Shown here: piece after piece, positions 62,250 to 64,000 of the stretch
Layout of the letters: each line of letters starts with the position of its first letter
How positions within the stretch are numbered: position 1 is the first letter of the stretch
Assembly: GCF_006345805.1 (NCBI RefSeq)
Contig: NW_021834322.1
Coordinates: 1-64,000 of the forward strand
Direction of reading: 5' to 3'
Length of the DNA: 64,000 nt
From: Octopus sinensis
Lineage: Eukaryota
Notes under the pieces: model-generated
What the model was told of the DNA's origin: nothing
Database searches by the model: none
The model's input: only the letters and a program-made list of their open reading frames with translations
Position numbers and translations under genes: made by a program

Positions 62250-63489
62250 AAATGGTATGATGGTGGTAGTGGTGGTGGTGGTGGTGGACAGGTTGCTGGT
62301 GTTAGCAGTGGTGGTCATGGTGGTATTATTGGTATTAATGGTAGAGGTAGCAGTAACAGTTGTGGGGATGGTAGTGGTAGTTGTTACAGAGTGTGGTAGT
62401 GGAGGTGATAGTGTTGGTGGTATTGGTGGTGTTGGCTGTAGTATTGGTGATAACGAGGTGGTTGTGGCAGTGCTAGTGGTGGTTAAGTGGTGAATGTTGT
62501 TGATTCAGAGAACAGCTGTAGGGTAATGCTGGTCTTGGACGTAGTGGTGTTGATGGTGGTGTTGGTGGTAGTGGTGTTGCTAGTGGTGGTAATGATGGTA
62601 TGGGTGATGGTTGTAGTGATGGTTATGGCGAGAGTGGGAGAGAGTAGTGATGGCGATGATGCTGATGGTGACAAAAGAGAGATGAGTGATGTCTATGGTG
62701 GTGGAGATGGAGGTGATGTTGTTGTGTAGTAGTGATGATGGTAGTGGTGGTGGTGGTGGTGGAGGACATTATAGGTGATGTTGTGTGGTAGTGATGGTAG
62801 TAGTGGTGGTGGTGGTGGTGGTGGAGGGCATGATAGGAGATGTGTGGTAGTGATGGTGGTAGTGGTGGTGGTAGTGGTTGTGGTGGTGGGGGCATTATAG
62901 GTGATGTTGTGTGGTAGTGATGGTGGTAGTGGTGGTTGTGGTGGTGGAGAGTATGATGATGGTGGTGGTGGTTTATGTGATGGCAGTGGTGGATTCGTTG
63001 TAGTGGTAGTGATGGTGTTGGCGATAGTGATGGTGGTGGTGGTGGTGGTGGTGGAGTGTATGATAGGTATGTGGTAGTGATGATGGTAGTGGTGGTGGAG
63101 GGTATTATAGGTGATGTTGTGTGGTAGTGATGGTGGTAGTGGTGGTGGTGGTGGTGGAGGTTCTGATGGTGTTGGTGGTTTATGTGATGGCAGTGGCGGA
63201 GTCGTAGTAATGGTGGTGGTGGTGTTGGTGATAGTGATGATGTTTGTGGTGGTGGTGGTGGTGGTGATGGTGGTGATGGTGGTGGTGGTGTGATGGTGGT
63301 GGTGGTGGTGGATGGTTGTGGTGGTGGTGTGGTGATGGTGATGGTGGTGATGGTGATGGTGGTGGTGATGGTGATTGGTGGTGTGGTGGTGGTGGGGTGA
63401 TGGTGTGAGGGTGGTGGTGGTGGTGATGTGGTGATGGTGGTGTGGTGGTGGTGATGGTGGTGATGTGATGGTGGTGGTGATGGTGATGG

Positions 63490-63520
<31 letters not shown>

Positions 63521-63880
63521 GTGGTGATGGTGGTGATGGTGATGGTGGTGGTGGTGGTGATGGTGGTGGTGGTGGTGGTGGGGGTGGTGATGGTGGTGGG
63601 TGGGGGTGGTGGTGATTGTGGTGATGGTGGTGATTGGTGGTGGTGGTGGTGATGGTGGTGATGGTGGTGGTGGTGGTGGTTGGTGATGGTGTGGTGGTGG
63701 TGATGGTGGTGATGGTGGTGGTGGTGGGTGATGGGGTGGTGGTGGTGATGATGGGATGGTGTTGGTGGTGTGATGGTGATGGTGTGATGGTGTGGTGGTG
63801 GTGATGGTGGTGATGGTGGTGATGGTGGTGATGGTGGTGATGGGGTGGTGGTGGTGATGGTGGTGGTGGTGGTAATGGCG
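62250..63880. repeat. (GGT/GAT)n compound field
   Basis: Directly visible simple repeats. Confidence 0.9.
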
Positions 63881-64000
63881 GTTTCACAGCAGCGTTGATG
63901 TTGTGATTGGTGTCCTCTAAATTCACCCTCCACCACAGTTACTTGGGACATATGGTATGCAAAGGACAGCCATTGAGGGAGACGTACATCACATATGCAC

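Noticed and set aside
62623-63951. 442-aa Pro/His/Thr-rich ORF
   Set aside because: Translation of a (GGT/GAT)n microsatellite.

Overview
Eukaryotic, repeat-saturated DNA. The SINE families and microsatellite landscape look like an octopus (coleoid cephalopod) genome; this is inferred from recognition, not from a search. There are no prokaryotic features and no CRISPR. Nearly all ORFs in the supplied track are microsatellite or repeat artefacts. The only host coding sequence I can support is a 51-bp exon on the minus strand (2963-3013) that the ORF track misses. It matches the N-terminal Cys-rich exon of IA-2/PTPRN2-type receptor phosphatases, so most of the window is probably intronic. The rest is at least five tRNA-derived SINE families, decayed LINEs (RTE, RTE-X, CR1/L2, R4/Dong-type), a scrambled Penelope-like element, Tc1/mariner relics (DD34D, DD37D, Tc1), Helitron pieces and MITE-like palindromes. 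The most notable items are a set of type I hammerhead-ribozyme motifs (one with a fully canonical core, plus a dispersed family with a non-canonical CUGU(C/A)GA core), two large minisatellites born inside retroelements (66 bp in a SINE, 103 bp in an RTE ORF), a SINE flanked by a ~111-bp duplication, and several long fold-backs. Repeat boundaries were read by eye and are approximate.
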